Below are positions 12,670-25,493 of a stretch of 64,000 bases of DNA, piece after piece; within the stretch, counting starts at the first letter, position 1; each line of letters begins with the position of its first letter. The notes under the pieces were generated by a model. That model made no database searches and was not told where the DNA came from. It worked only from the letters and a program-made list of their open reading frames with translations. A program made the position numbers and the translations under genes. Origin of the DNA: Octopus sinensis (lineage: Eukaryota); assembly GCF_006345805.1 (NCBI RefSeq), contig NC_043001.1, forward strand, positions 128,650,001 to 128,714,000, written 5' to 3'.

Positions 12670-12905
12670 TGTTAGTTAGTTAGTTAGTTAGTTAATTTGG
12701 CTCAAAAGCAAATAGCAAGGCCATGTAGGGGGACATGGAGTTAAGTACAGGGTGGTGTTCATGTAAAGAATTCAGGCCACTTGAGGTCGTCGTCGGCATC
12801 TTCACCATCTCGTCTGGCAGCTTGTTCCACGGATCCGCAACCCGGACGGAGAAAGCTCCTCTCCTTCGATTGAGATGAAATCGTCGCAGGTAGATACACA
12901 CAATG
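12670..12905 (-). mobile_element. CR1-clade LINE 3' end
   Basis: RRGAFSVRVADPWNKLPDEMV motif followed by a (TAAC)n tail. Confidence 0.75.
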
Positions 12906-13421
12906 GGTTTTTGTTTTCAATTTCTGTCACCCAGATACATTCACAAGGCTTTGATCAACCTGGGGCTATGTAGTAGAAGGTGCCGCAAAACTATGTGGTT
13001 GGGAAACAAATTTCGTCAATCACACTTGCACCCATTGCTTTATTTTTTACACATTTTTCTGTATTTTGCCTTTCCCCATTTTTTTCTTGTGCATGTGTGT
13101 ATATAGACGTGTATATGAACCTTTTTTGTGCTTGCATGTGTGCGAGTATGTATATATTTTTTGGCGAATGTGGGCACGCATGTGTGTGTTTCAAGTGAGT
13201 GTAGATGAGCATATGCATATAGGCACATGTACGTGGGTGTGCAGGCGCACATGTGTATGTATGGACATGTGCACTTACATGATTGCTATGAGCATTTTTA
13301 TTCCTTTACCTTTTACTGCCTCCTTTTATTAAGCAGTCATTCTAATAACTCTTTTGTTCTAATACTAGTCAATCACATAGTAATTTCCCTTTAATGGTCA
13401 TTTTTATAGCATTTTTTGATG

Positions 13422-13491
13422 GCCTGATAACTGAAGAGATGCCAGTGCGGGTTTCCACCTCGACATCCGAAACTCGGAGTTTTATCATGGC
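13422..13491 (+). ncRNA. Degenerate type I minimal hammerhead motif
   Basis: GCC-TGATAA-CTGAAGA-GATG..CATC-C-GAAA-CTCGGAG-TT-TTATCA-T-GGC: stems I and III pair; stem II has one extra C; site is GUU. Confidence 0.6.
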
Positions 13492-13603
13492 TACCGAATA
13501 ATTGCCACATATTATATTTACAGATAAATTCCTCTATTTACATAATATCGAGGTCTCTTTCATTCTTTTGTTGTCTTATCATTACTATCAATATATATAT
13601 ATT

Positions 13604-14022
13604 GGCGCAGGAGTGGCTGTGTGGTAAGTAGCTTGCTAACCAACCACATGGTTCCGGGTTCAGTCCCATTGCGTGGCATCTTGGGCAGTGTCTTCTGCTA
13701 TAGCCTCGGGCCGACCAAAGCCTTGTGAGTGGATTTGGTAGACGGAAACTGAAAGAAGCCAGTCGTATATATGTATATATATATGTATATATGTGTGAGT
13801 ATATGTTTGTGTGTCTGTGTTTGTCCCTCTAGCATTGCTTGACAACCGATGCTGGTGTGTTTATGTCCCCGTCACTTAGCGGTTCGGCAAAAGTGACCTA
13901 TAGAATAAGTACTGGGCTTACAAAGAATAAGTCCCGGGGTCGAGTTGCTCGACTAAAGGCGGTGCTCCAGCATGGCCGCAGTCACATGACTGAAACAAGT
14001 AAAAGAGTAAAAGAGTAAAGAG
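13604..14022 (+). mobile_element. SINE family A
   Basis: Near-identical to 11905-12322. Confidence 0.92.
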
Positions 14023-14219
14023 TATATATATATATCCAGTTTGGCCATACCCTTTAAGCTGAGAGATGTAAATGAGTATATGGGAATCAAAACTATAAAA
14101 CTGAGAATTAATGTAATGCTGAATGAAAGAATGCTTTCATTTTAATGTGAGATTTTTTTCTGCTAAAGCTTGCAGAAGATTTGGCTACTGCTATTGTATG
14201 TAATTCGCGTGTGTGTATA

Positions 14220-14630
14220 GGCACAGGAGTGGCTGTGTGGTAAGTAGCTTGTTTACCAACCACATGATTCCGGGTTCAGTCCCACTGCGTGGCACCTTGG
14301 GCGAGTGTCTTCTACTATAGCCTCGGGCCGACCAAAGCCTTGTGAGTGGATTTGGCAGACGGAAACTGAAAGAAGCCTGTCGTATATATGTATATATATA
14401 TATATGTATGTGCGTGTATGTTTGTGTGTCTGTGTTTGTCCCCCTAGCATTGCTTGACAACCGATGCTGGTGTGTTTATGTTCCCGTCACTTAGCGGTTC
14501 GGCAAAAGTGACCGATAGAATAAGTACTGGGCTTACAAAAGAATAAGTCCCGGGGTCGAGTTGCTCGATTAAAGTCGGTGCTCCAGCATGGCCGCAGTCA
14601 AATGACTGAAACAAGTAAAAGAGAAAAGAG
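14220..14630 (+). mobile_element. SINE family A
   Basis: Near-identical to 11905-12322. Confidence 0.92.
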
Positions 14631-15349
14631 ATATATACATATATTTATATTGAGTATACAACAGATGAACCATTTCTCTTGGACGAAAATCTTTGGTGAT
14701 AATTATTTCGTCCGTGGTGGATTGATAATTCATTGTAACTCACCATCGTAATTGCAGTGATTGGCTTTTTGGAAATAACTTTAAACATTATTCACCAAAC
14801 AAAAAGCAATAACCCACATTCCCAATAAATAAATAAATATTCCAAGGGAAACAACTCTTAATAATTTTTCCCGAGTAATCCCCCTTTATAAATTCTATAT
14901 TCGCAGATTTATCTTTATTTTCAAGACGGTGAGCATGCAGAATAGTTACTACGTCGGACAAAATGCTTTGTCGTACTTTTTCCACTTTTGCGTTCTGAAT
15001 TCAAATTCCGCCGAGGTCCACTTTATCTTTCATTCTCTCGGGGTCAATAAATATCATTCGAGTATTAGGGTCAATGTCATCGGCTAGTCTCCTGTTCCCA
15101 GAATTTCAGGCATGTGTCTACAGTAGAAAAAATCAACTCCACTTTCAAGGGTTGCGACCTGACAAAACGCCATACAATATTTCTTCAGACTCCTTATATC
15201 ATGAGTTCAAATCCCTTCAAGGCCAACTTTGCCTTTCATCTCTCCAGGATTGATCAGTCAAGTATTGGGCTCAATACGTAAGAATTGTTGGCCTTGTGCT
15301 TAAAACAGAAATTATTATGCCTACTTTTCAATTAATTAATAAAGATTTA

Positions 15350-15760
15350 GGACCTTTTCGGTTTGAACAGAAGTTTTTTCTAGCGGTGTCATATGAAATT
15401 GTCACCCATAATTACAACCCTAGTATCAATCTATTGCATTTCAATCTGTTTTAGGGTTAGGGGTGGGGGGAAGAGTATCTCTTTTTCTTCAGAAATGTAA
15501 ATAAACCCAATCTGTTTCTTAAACAAGGGACATATTCATACGGCACAGAATGTTTTTAACCACAATACACGTCATTGATTGGTTGAAATTGCAGAAATTG
15601 AAGAAAAAAAACAACAAATATCTTACAAACTATAGAATTTTCTCAATAAAGTCAAGAGAAAAAGATGTTTTATAAACACATTCTACCAGTATACGAAGTT
15701 TAAAATTTTTTAGTTACCTAGAAATTATGTTAAAAACTTCCGTTCAAACCGAAAAGATCC
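15350..15760. mobile_element. Non-autonomous DNA transposon (MITE), 411 bp
   Basis: 28-bp TIRs with 2 mismatches (GGACCTTTTCGGTTTGAACAGAAGTTTT / AAAACTTCCGTTCAAACCGAAAAGATCC); 8-bp TSD AAGATTTA at 15342-15349 and 15761-15768. Confidence 0.9.
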
Positions 15761-16328
15761 AAGATTTATACCATCGGCACAAAGCCAGCAATTTTGAGAT
15801 AAGAGCTTTATTCTATTACAACAACCCCATTACTTGACTGGGTACTTTATTTTAATGACTCCAAAAGCATGAAGGACTAAGTTGACTAAGTGGGATTTGA
15901 ACACAGAACTTGAAAAGTAGGAAGAAATACCACAAAGCATTTTTTCCAACTCTATAACAATTCTGCTAACTCACTGCCCGTTTCAATTAATGATGGCTTA
16001 GAATAACCTACTCCAAACTTATTTTGCTTTGGGTACCTGGCGAGTTTCAGATGCCAAAAGCTTAATTTTGATCTGCACTTGACCCAGGGTAGCAACTCAG
16101 TCAAAGAGATGAGCTGTAGAAAGATATGTCACATGAGTAGCATTGTCATCCAGGAATCTCTGCAGGAGTATCAGCTGAAAGTGTTCTTGTGCATCAATAA
16201 TCATGTTTTTGCAGCTGATTAATGTTCAGGCTTTTTGATTCTCTGTAAATGTTGAAATTAATTAAAAAAAAAAAAAAAAAAAGTAAACAAATAATGCATT
16301 TTAAATTGTTGTTTCTAAATTATATTCA

Positions 16329-16728
16329 ACTAGCAGTATCGCCCGGCGTTGCTCGGGTTTGTGAGGGAAATAACTATATAAGCATTTTTAGAGAGTTATA
16401 GCCAAAAAATAGCAAAAACATGCATTAAAACTGGAAAAAAAATGATGGTAAATTTTTTTTTAAATCGTTGACTCATTGTAGACATTTTTAGAGAGTTACT
16501 TCCCTTATATAATAGCGAAAAAATGCATTAAAATGGAAAAAAATGATGGTAAATTTTTTTTTAAATCATAGACTCATCATAGACGCGCGCTAATACCCAG
16601 AAGGGCTGGATATGAATCACGACTATAAGATACCCGGTTTTGGTTAAACTGCACCGCAAAATGTGGGAGTAGTTAGGAATCTAAATCGTAGGAGACAGAC
16701 ACACAACTTGACTTTTATATATAAAGAT
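16329..16728 (+). mobile_element. Helentron/HINE (DINE-1/Lep1-like) non-autonomous element
   Basis: 5' ACTAGCAGTATCGCCCGGCGTTGCTCGGG with subterminal hairpin; 3' AGACAGACACAC..TTTTATATATAAAGAT; internal ~60-bp direct repeat. Confidence 0.7.
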
Positions 16729-17054
16729 TATGTTTATTTACTGCTTTTCACAAACATTTCGGTGTCAGAATATAGTTTTGAGCATGTATTGTAGCTTAAC
16801 CATATTCTTGAATTTCATTGTGCTGTCTACTATACTTCATGGCTAAGTTATATTGCTGATCAAAGTGTCCAGCTTTCATTGTCTACTGAATATAGAATGA
16901 CCAGTTTATAATTTTTACCTCTCGAGTTATCTGAATCAACTAGAGATTGAGCTTGGCACCACATTAACCAAATTCTATTGACTATTACTTTCATTGTCTC
17001 TCTCTCTATTTGTTGTTTCATTCCTGTTCATCTTCAAGTGTTATATTACCTGAC

Positions 17055-17390
17055 CATCGCATGGCTCAGTGGTTAGAGCATTGAGCTTACGATCGTGAGG
17101 TTGTGAGCTCAAATCCCGGACCGGGCTGTGTGTTGTGTTCTTGAGCAAGGCACTTTATTTCACGTTGCTCCAGTTCACTCAACTGTAGAAATGAGTTGCG
17201 ACATCACAGGTGCCAAGCTGTATCGGCCTTTGTCTTTCCCTTGGATAACACTGGTGGCGTGGAGAGGGGAGGCTGGTATGCATGGGCGACTGCTGGTCTT
17301 CCATAAACAACCTTGCCCGGACTTGTGTCTAGGAGGGTAACTTTCTAGGTGCAATCCCATGGTCATTCATGACCAAAGGGGGTCTTTTAC
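17055..17390 (+). mobile_element. tRNA-headed SINE, different subfamily
   Basis: TGGCTCAGTGGTTAGAGC A box; 3' part also present reversed at ~58470-58640. Confidence 0.8.
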
Positions 17391-17792
17391 AGATTCTATG
17401 TTAAACTTGTGTGAAATTGTAGCATGGTGTTCTATGTTAATTCCTTCTGTTGCACAGTTTTACTATTTTGTTGGATAGAATTATCATAGAAAAAGACCAA
17501 GGACAAAGGAAGCTATATTGCTATTTTCTCAGACAGAGCAGAGTTACTTTGCTCAAATTCCTTTTCCTATGAAACTCAGCACTACAAACCAACTGATCAG
17601 TCACCAGATTCAACAATCCTATCACCAATTATGCTCACAACAATGAAATACACCATCAATGGTACACATGTATGACTATGTGATCCTAGCCATTGACATT
17701 TAAGAAACAAGCAAAACATAATACAGTGACAGGATGCCTTGCTTTATGTTCCCAACCTGTGATGGAATTATAGGGGTGCTATTGTTACTTAT

Positions 17793-18054
17793 GTGGAGGC
17801 ACGTGGCTTAGTAGGTTAGGGTGTCAGCATCATGATTGTAAGATTGTGGTTTCGATTCCTGGACCGGGCGACGCGTTGTGTTCTTGAGCATGACACTTCA
17901 TTTCACGTTGCTCCAGTCCACTCAGCTGGCAAAAATGAGTAATGCTGCAATGGACTGGCGTCCCGTCCAGCTGGGGAACACATATGCCATAGAAATCGGG
18001 AAACCGGGCCCATGAGCCTGGCTAGGCTTTAAAAGGGCGCATTTATTTTTACAT
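17793..18054 (+). mobile_element. tRNA-headed SINE family B with 13-bp TSD
   Basis: GTGGAGGCACGTGGCTTAG..GGTTTCGATTCC head; TSD TATTGTTACTTAT at 17780-17792 and 18055-18067. Confidence 0.9.
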
Positions 18055-18793
18055 TATTGTTACTTATACTATGTCACGAGTCCCAAACTTGATGGAGCCC
18101 AATAGCTCTCCAGGCTGCTTTCTTCCAAAGAGAGAGAGAGGAATTGATTTCATTACTGGACTAATATCTTATTTACTGATCTTGAAATGATGGAAGGTGA
18201 AGTAGCTTGGCAGGTTTTGAACTCAGAATGCAGAGAGCCAGAATAAATACTGCAAAACATTCTATCAAGGTGTATGAATTTACTGTAGATTGGTTTACAG
18301 TGGTATCAAGTTTCTGTGGCTTTCTTCTATTGTTGTTATTGGTTGTGTTGCTATTATTGTAACGGTTGCTAGGTTTTATTTTGTTTGAGCTTCAAACACA
18401 GACATTTGTCAGATTTCACATCAGATGTTGCACAAAGATTTCTCTTTCTCCTTTTATATATTTCTATCATTTCATCACTGCTGTTTTTTTTTTAAGGGCA
18501 TTGTACCTATGCATGTGTTGTGTCATTGTGTCAAGTGTGTAACATGTATATAGAAAATCTGTAGAGATGACCTTATCACATAACTCTTACAGTAGAAAGA
18601 ATCAATTCCACTTTCAAGGGTGGCGACCTGACAAAACGCCATACAATATTTCTTCAGACTCTTTATATCACTAGTTCAAATCCCTTCAAGGCCAACTTTG
18701 CCTTTCACCTCTCCAAGATTGACCAGTCAAGTATTGGGCTCAATATATATACATACATACATGGGGTTATATATATATATATATATATATATA

Positions 18794-19180
18794 GGTGTAG
18801 GAGTGGCTGTGTGGTAAGTAGCTTGCTTACCAACCACATGGTTCCAAGTTCGGTCCCACTGCGTGGCACCTTGGGCTAGTGTCTTCTACTATTGCCTCAG
18901 GCCGACCAAAGCCTTGTGAGTGGATTTGGTAGACGGAAACTGAAAGAAGCCCGTCGTATATATATGTGTGTGTGTGTGTCTGTGTTTATCCCCACAACAT
19001 TGCTTGACAACTAATGCTGGTGTGTTTATGTCCCCGTAACTTAGCGGTTCGGCAAAACTGACTGATAGAATAAGTACTCGGCTTACAAAGAATAAGTCCT
19101 AGGGTCGATTTGCTCGACTAAAGGCTGTGCTCCAGCATGGCCACAGTCAAATGACTGAAGCAAGTAAAAGAGTAAAGAGT
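18794..19180 (+). mobile_element. SINE family A
   Basis: Same head, body and tail. Confidence 0.9.
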
Positions 19181-21577
19181 ATATATGGATATATATGTAG
19201 GTGAACAAACAAAAGAAATTAGCACTCAGCATATTTGGTTGAAGGTACTTATATTCTTAATAAGTCTAACTCAGCTTCACATGACTTAAAGTTTCATGCG
19301 TATAGGATGAATCCATCTCATCAGATAATAGGAGTAGAATAGGAGTTTTAAGAGGAATTCAAGATGGTTTTTAGGTGTTTAGACCTCTATTGATCAGCTC
19401 AGATAATGTGGTATTAATGCTGTCAAAATTATACCAGTTATTTGCTTTATGTTTGTCCCATGTGTTTGGACAGAACATGGGCAGGACACTGCTACCACTT
19501 TTGCAGTAGGCTGTGGTGTAATGTTTCCAACAACCTTAAGTCCTTGTATTGAGAAATGCACATTGTTGGGTGGGATTTTGGCGCAAGTTAGTCGCTCAGC
19601 CATCATTCTGTTCATATGAACAATGGCAACAGCCTGTATGTGGGAGTAAGCAAAAGGTAAATTCATTGCCGGATCACAATCAACAATGTCCTTGATGTAT
19701 ACACACGAGGCAGGGTGGTCATGACTGGAATCCTTTACAACAACAGCAGTGTATGTTCTTTTATTCTTGTATTTGTTTCGGTAATGAGGCCACGATAATG
19801 CTGAGGCACTACTTTGAAGGTTTTACTCAAACAGCTCAGTCCCCAGTATCTATTTTCTTAAGGCTCTTACTTATTCTACCAGGCTCTATTTACCGAACCA
19901 TGACCCATACAGGGACGTAAACCAACACTGATTGTCAAGCAATTTTGTGGGTGAACAAACACAAACACACACACGTTCCCAACATGTGATGGAATTATAG
20001 GGGTGCTATTGTTACTTATGTGGAGGCATGTGGCTTAGTAGGTTAGGGTGTCAGCATCATGATCGTAAGATTGTGGTTTTGATTCATGGATCAGGCGACG
20101 CATTGTGTTCTTGAGCAAGACACTTCATCTGAGCTTTTGTTGATGTTGCATGAAGGATTTCTTTCAGTTTCCACCTACCAAATCTACTCACAAAGCTTTG
20201 ATTGGTCTGGGACTATGGTAAAAGGCACTTGCCCAAGGTGCTGCACAGTGGGTCTGAACTCGGAACCATGTGGTTGGGAAGCAAACTTCTTACCACACAG
20301 CCACAGCCGCATCTACAGTGTATACTTCAGCTTGAAATGATTTATTTCCAATCCACACTTCTTTGTGATGCATATGCATAGGAGTGACACTAAACTGGGG
20401 AAAAAAACCATAAGACATTAAGGCTATAAAACTGATTTAAAGTAGAGAGCTATGAAAGAAGTATGTATAACTGTAAGCAGAACATAAAAGAACACGGTTA
20501 TATTAGAGGTGTATATTCTAAAAGAGAGTAGCATAAAACCAAATGTTAATAGGAAAGGTAATAACCATCAGAATGTGGCCGTTGCCAGCACCGCCCCGAC
20601 TGGCGTCTGTGCTGGTGGCACGAAAAAAACACCATCCAATTGTGGCCGTTTGCCAACCTCGTCTAGCACCTGTGCAGGTGTCACGTAAAAAACACCCACT
20701 ACACTCATGGAGTTGTTGGCGTTAGGAAGGGCATCCAGCTGTAGAAACACTGCCAGATCAGACTGGGCCTGGCGCAGCCTTCAGGCTTCCCAGACCCCAG
20801 TTGAACCATCCAACCCATGCTAGCATGGAAAACGGACGTAAGAAGAGTAGAAGTAAAAGATTATTAAAAATACAATAAATAGAAAGAGAAAGGTAGTGAG
20901 GAACAACACACACACAGGGAGATTTCTCTCAAGTTATCTGATTTGACAGGTGAGTGAGCTTGGCACAAAGTTAACCAGATTCTTTTGTCTATTACTTTCA
21001 TTGTCTCTCTCTGTATTTGTTGTTTCACTCAAGTTGATTCAGATAACTTGAAAGGTAAAAGTTATAAACAGGCTACTCTGCACATATGTATGCATATGTA
21101 TATGTATACATATCTTTTACTTTTTTTATCTTTTACTTGTTTGAGTCAGACTGCAGCCATGCTGGGGTACCACCTTGAAGAATTTTTAACCTGGTACTTA
21201 TTCTACTAGTGTCTTCTTAACTGAACTGCTATGTCACAGGGACATAAATGTACCCACACTGGTTGTCAAGCAGTGGTGGAGACACACACGTACACACATA
21301 CATACATATTTCTGTCTACCAAATCCACTCTCAAGGCTTTGGTCTACCCAAGGCTATAGTAGAAGACACTTGCCCAAGGTGTCATGCAGTGGGACTGAAC
21401 CCGGAACAACGTGGTTGGGAAGTTCTTACCACACAGCCACACCTGCACCTCCACACAGCCTGTTTACCAATTAATCCTCATATACAAATCCCACTGTCAA
21501 TGCCAGATATGCTATATTTATGCTAGCATGTTCACACTACTATATATAATGTGTATATGCATGTAAATATGCATTCT

Positions 21578-21624
<47 letters not shown>

Positions 21625-22809
21625 TTAACTACCTTTCTCTTTCTCTCCCTTTCACTCTCCCATCTTCTAACTCTTATATATAGATATCTTTCAGGTTGAA
21701 CTGATAGTGTTTAGAGATTAAAAGTAAAAATAAATTAATATTTCAGATTTGGAAATATTTTCCCTTTAGGCAAATTAGTTTTAATGGAATAATTAACTTC
21801 AGAATAATAAAAATTCTTTTCTTTTTTTTTTTTTTTTTTGCCCAGATCTAATGAAGAGGTGATGGAGTGATTGTGGGGATAAATTATAATGAAGATACTT
21901 TCATTACACATTTCATAAATTTATGTGTGCGTGTAATTTTGTGTATTCATAACTATCACATAAGATATATATTTTCAGTATGCACTGAACCTGTGTGTGT
22001 GTGTGTAATACATTTGTATTAATAGTTTAACTTAGAATTCCATTACTATGAGTTTCACAAACGCCAAAAGCATTTCTGATTACGTGTATACAATTTCACT
22101 GAGTAAGGTAAATCTGAGTCAGTGTTAATCCAAATATTAACCTCCACAACATATGTTAGGTACTCTTTTCTTTTGTGTATACACTTATCTGTGTGTATAT
22201 GCATGTGTGTGTGTGAATATATATATATTTCTTTACTACCCACAAGGGGCTAAACATAGAGGGGACAAACAAGGACAGACAAAGGGATTAAGTCGATTTC
22301 ATTGACCCCAGTGCGAAATATATATATTATATATGTGAATATATATATATTTCCTAGGCTTGACGCTTTGCTGTGTTCAAGAAGACTCATACTCCACAGA
22401 TGAAGTTTTAAGGCCACTTACCCTGGTGAAGAAGAGTTGCCTGCAATAGTCCTATACTGGTGCCATATAAAAAGTTCTTGTGCCAGTGCCATGTAAAAGC
22501 GCTCCTGTGGTTTCACATGAAAACACCTGGTGCACTCTGTAAAGTGATTGGCATTAGGAAGGGGATCCAGTTGTTGAAAACTAGCCAAATCAGACTTGGA
22601 GCTTGGTGCAGCTCCCTGGCTTGCCAGTTCTGATCAAACCATCCATGGACAACAGATATTAAAAGGTGATGATGATGAGATGACAATTCATCTTGTGATG
22701 CATGTGGACAGATCATCAGTGATGTTTCTTGGGGTAATTAGGTGTTTCAACGCCAGACGCCCTCACCCAAGTAACCTGGCCAGGCTTGATCAAATCATAA
22801 CACTGCCCC

Positions 22810-23190
22810 TTCTAGGGCTTGCACCTCCTGATCAACTGCTGCCTTGAAGCAGCTTCTTGTGCCTCCACAGCCTACTTGATGGCCTTCATCCTATTGTCCC
22901 TTTTAATGCCAAGTATGCAATAAACACCTTAGCGGGACTGGCCTGCAAAACCTTCTACATCATACCTCGATGAGACCCCACCTTGCTTGCCAGCTATTGC
23001 ACTGGCATAATTCCACTAGCTTAGTATATTTCCTCCTCTTGCTCTTGTGGTCTTCCCAGGGAATGGGGAATTCCAAGAGAACCACTTGTTTGGATGCTTC
23101 TGACATCAGCTCCATATCCAGCCTAAGTGATGTTTAGGTAACAGTTTCTGGAAACTTCAGCTGCTTCCCTGGCTTCATTACTTGCTCTGA
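22810..23190 (-). mobile_element. HERO-like RLE non-LTR retrotransposon, C-terminal fragment
   Basis: Minus translation SEASKQVVLLEFPIPWED..KRRKYTKLVELC..WQAR..IEV*CR resembles the ELTVPWE...PIEVGCRGF restriction-like endonuclease motifs. Confidence 0.75.
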
Positions 23191-23194
23191 CTAA

Positions 23195-23906
23195 TCCCAT
23201 TTTGGACAGTGTCTGCTATGACCCTCAAAACCTGATCAAGAAGGCTGAGGGTGTCTTGGCATCACTTACCAAGTCCTTTGTGAGCCGTTCTCCGGCTATC
23301 TGTCTGAGGCTTTATATAGCTATGGTGCGGCCTCACCTAGAATTTGCATCACCAGTCTGGAACCCCTATCTTTCTCAGGATATTAATCATCTGGAAACCG
23401 TTCAGTGACGTTCAACCAAGAGAATACCTTCCATCAGGCATTTGCCATATTCTAAATGCCTTACTTCCCTGGGCATGGATACATTGAAACTCCAACGTCT
23501 GGCAGCTGACTTGGCAGACACCCATAAAATTATTAACCATCTTACTAACAATAACTCTGAGCACCTTTTCAAACTCCACCTGTCTAACACGCATGGACAT
23601 ATTTACAAAGTCAGAAAACAGCACAGCTCTCATGACTTTCGGAAACATTTTTTCATGCTGAGAGTTGCTGAAGCATGGAACAAACTGCCAGCATCAGCTG
23701 TTAGTTACCGGAGCACTGAATCCTTCAAAACTTCCATGCTTCCTGAGATTCACCAACACTACACCTGACTTTCTCCCCTCCATACACACACAAGCATGTA
23801 TCTGACTCATACACTGTTCACTTCCCAGACATTTGTACATTACTGCATATGCTTTATACGCACTTTTGACAAGTTGTGGTGCACCTGAGCACTATATACA
23901 ATAGTT

Positions 23907-23936
<30 letters not shown>
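23195..23936 (+). mobile_element. 5'-truncated CR1/L2-group LINE
   Basis: VRPHLEFASPVWNPY..LETVQ and HFFMLRVAEAWNKLP motifs; 3' UTR; (ATT)n tail. Confidence 0.88.
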
Positions 23937-23937
<1 letters not shown>

Positions 23938-24281
23938 ACTTCTAGTGGTAGCATCCCTCCCCCAGGACTGAGAATATGCTCTAGGGTTGCTCTCCTTGCA
24001 CACAGGGGGGAATATGTCAACTCCAATTTTTCCCAGCCAAATAAGTTGAATGGGCTTCATAGAACATCATAAACAGAGAGAGAGAGAGAGAGTTTAAAAA
24101 TTTAATAAATTTTGAGAAAGAATATGTGTGGCATTTTGTTTTAGAAAGAAACTTTATTGTGGTCACATGCAAGAGAAAGACATGGGGAAGAGAATGTCTT
24201 TTTACTACATTTGTTTTCACTTTTAATATGTTTTCCTTTCAATCAAACCTTAAAGATCCTGAATTTATTTTCATTCCACAG

Positions 24282-24358
24282 TGCTTGTCCCTGCTGTCAT
24301 GTCACCCTCTCAGCTGTTATTTCACACATGGAATCTGGCATTGTGATATTTGAATGTG
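24282..24358 (+). CDS. HPS5: HPS5 exon, first half of RING-H2: ACPCCHVTLSAVISHMESGIVIFEC(G)
   Basis: tcattccacag acceptor, G|gtaagt donor, 77 nt, phase 2-1, matching both neighbours. Confidence 0.88.
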
Positions 24359-24752
24359 GTAAGTTAGTCTAAATTCTTTTTCTCTCTGCATTTATTAATT
24401 ACAGGCAGTTATTATCTAGTTTGGAAAGGTCTACAAATTTACCTATTAGCACATGTATTGTTGGGGTAGCTTATTTGTTTGTTTACTTCTCAGCAGGATG
24501 CTATTAGTCACAACACATTTATGAGGCAACCTCTTTGTGGTTGCTTAGTGTGCATGGGTTTAACAAGTGCTTATTACCCTCAGATGCCTTCCTTGTTGCT
24601 CACCTGTACCTACCAATGGCTTATGTACATGCACTTAATTACATATGGTACATGCACTTAATTACTTAAAAAAAGGTACACGCCCTTAATTACATAAATA
24701 GTCTACATTAAAATACAAGTCCAAAACCGAAGAGAGCACAAACATGAGCATA

Positions 24753-25443
24753 GGCGCAGGCATTGATGTGTGGTAAGAAGCCTACTTCCCAAATGCATGA
24801 TTCCGGGTACAGTCCCACTGCGTGGCACCTTGGGCACTATTGCCTCAGGTCGACCAAAGTCTCATGAGTGAATTTGGTAGAGAGAAACTGAAAGAAGCCT
24901 ATCATATATATATATATACTAGCAGTATCGCCCGACGTTGCTCGGGTTTGTTTCGACCCGCTGGAATTGGAATTTTTGAAAAGTAAAAATTTTGCATTAA
25001 GTAGCTTGTTATTCTCTTCAAGTGAACATTTTTCTGGTTGAAATACACCGAAAAGTGGCGACACAGCAGTGAAAAAATCATAGGTAAATTCCAATTGAAG
25101 AAATTGTGTGAGGAGTAAATTATGTATTTATTTGTTTCTGTTTCCTGTGTATTTTTTTTTGAGTAGTGGTTGAAGGTACACTTGCAAAGAGAAAGTAGGA
25201 GAAAGTGTGGTAATAGCATGAGTGAAGCAGTTGAAATTAGAGAGGCAAATCATAAAATATTTAGTTTTCTCGAATTTTTGCTTAATTGGGGGTCAAATTG
25301 AAAAAAATTTATATGCCATGACCCAATCGAATCTACTTGGAAAAATCATAGGTAAATTCCAATTGAAGAAATTCTATATTGTACAATTGTATTAAAAAGA
25401 AACATAGTCACAGGCAGAGAAAATCTGCCTTTTATCATAAGAG

Positions 25444-25493
<50 letters not shown>

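Noticed and set aside
15452-15470. Interstitial telomere (TTAGGGTTAGGGG)
   Set aside because: Only two units, internal to the MITE.
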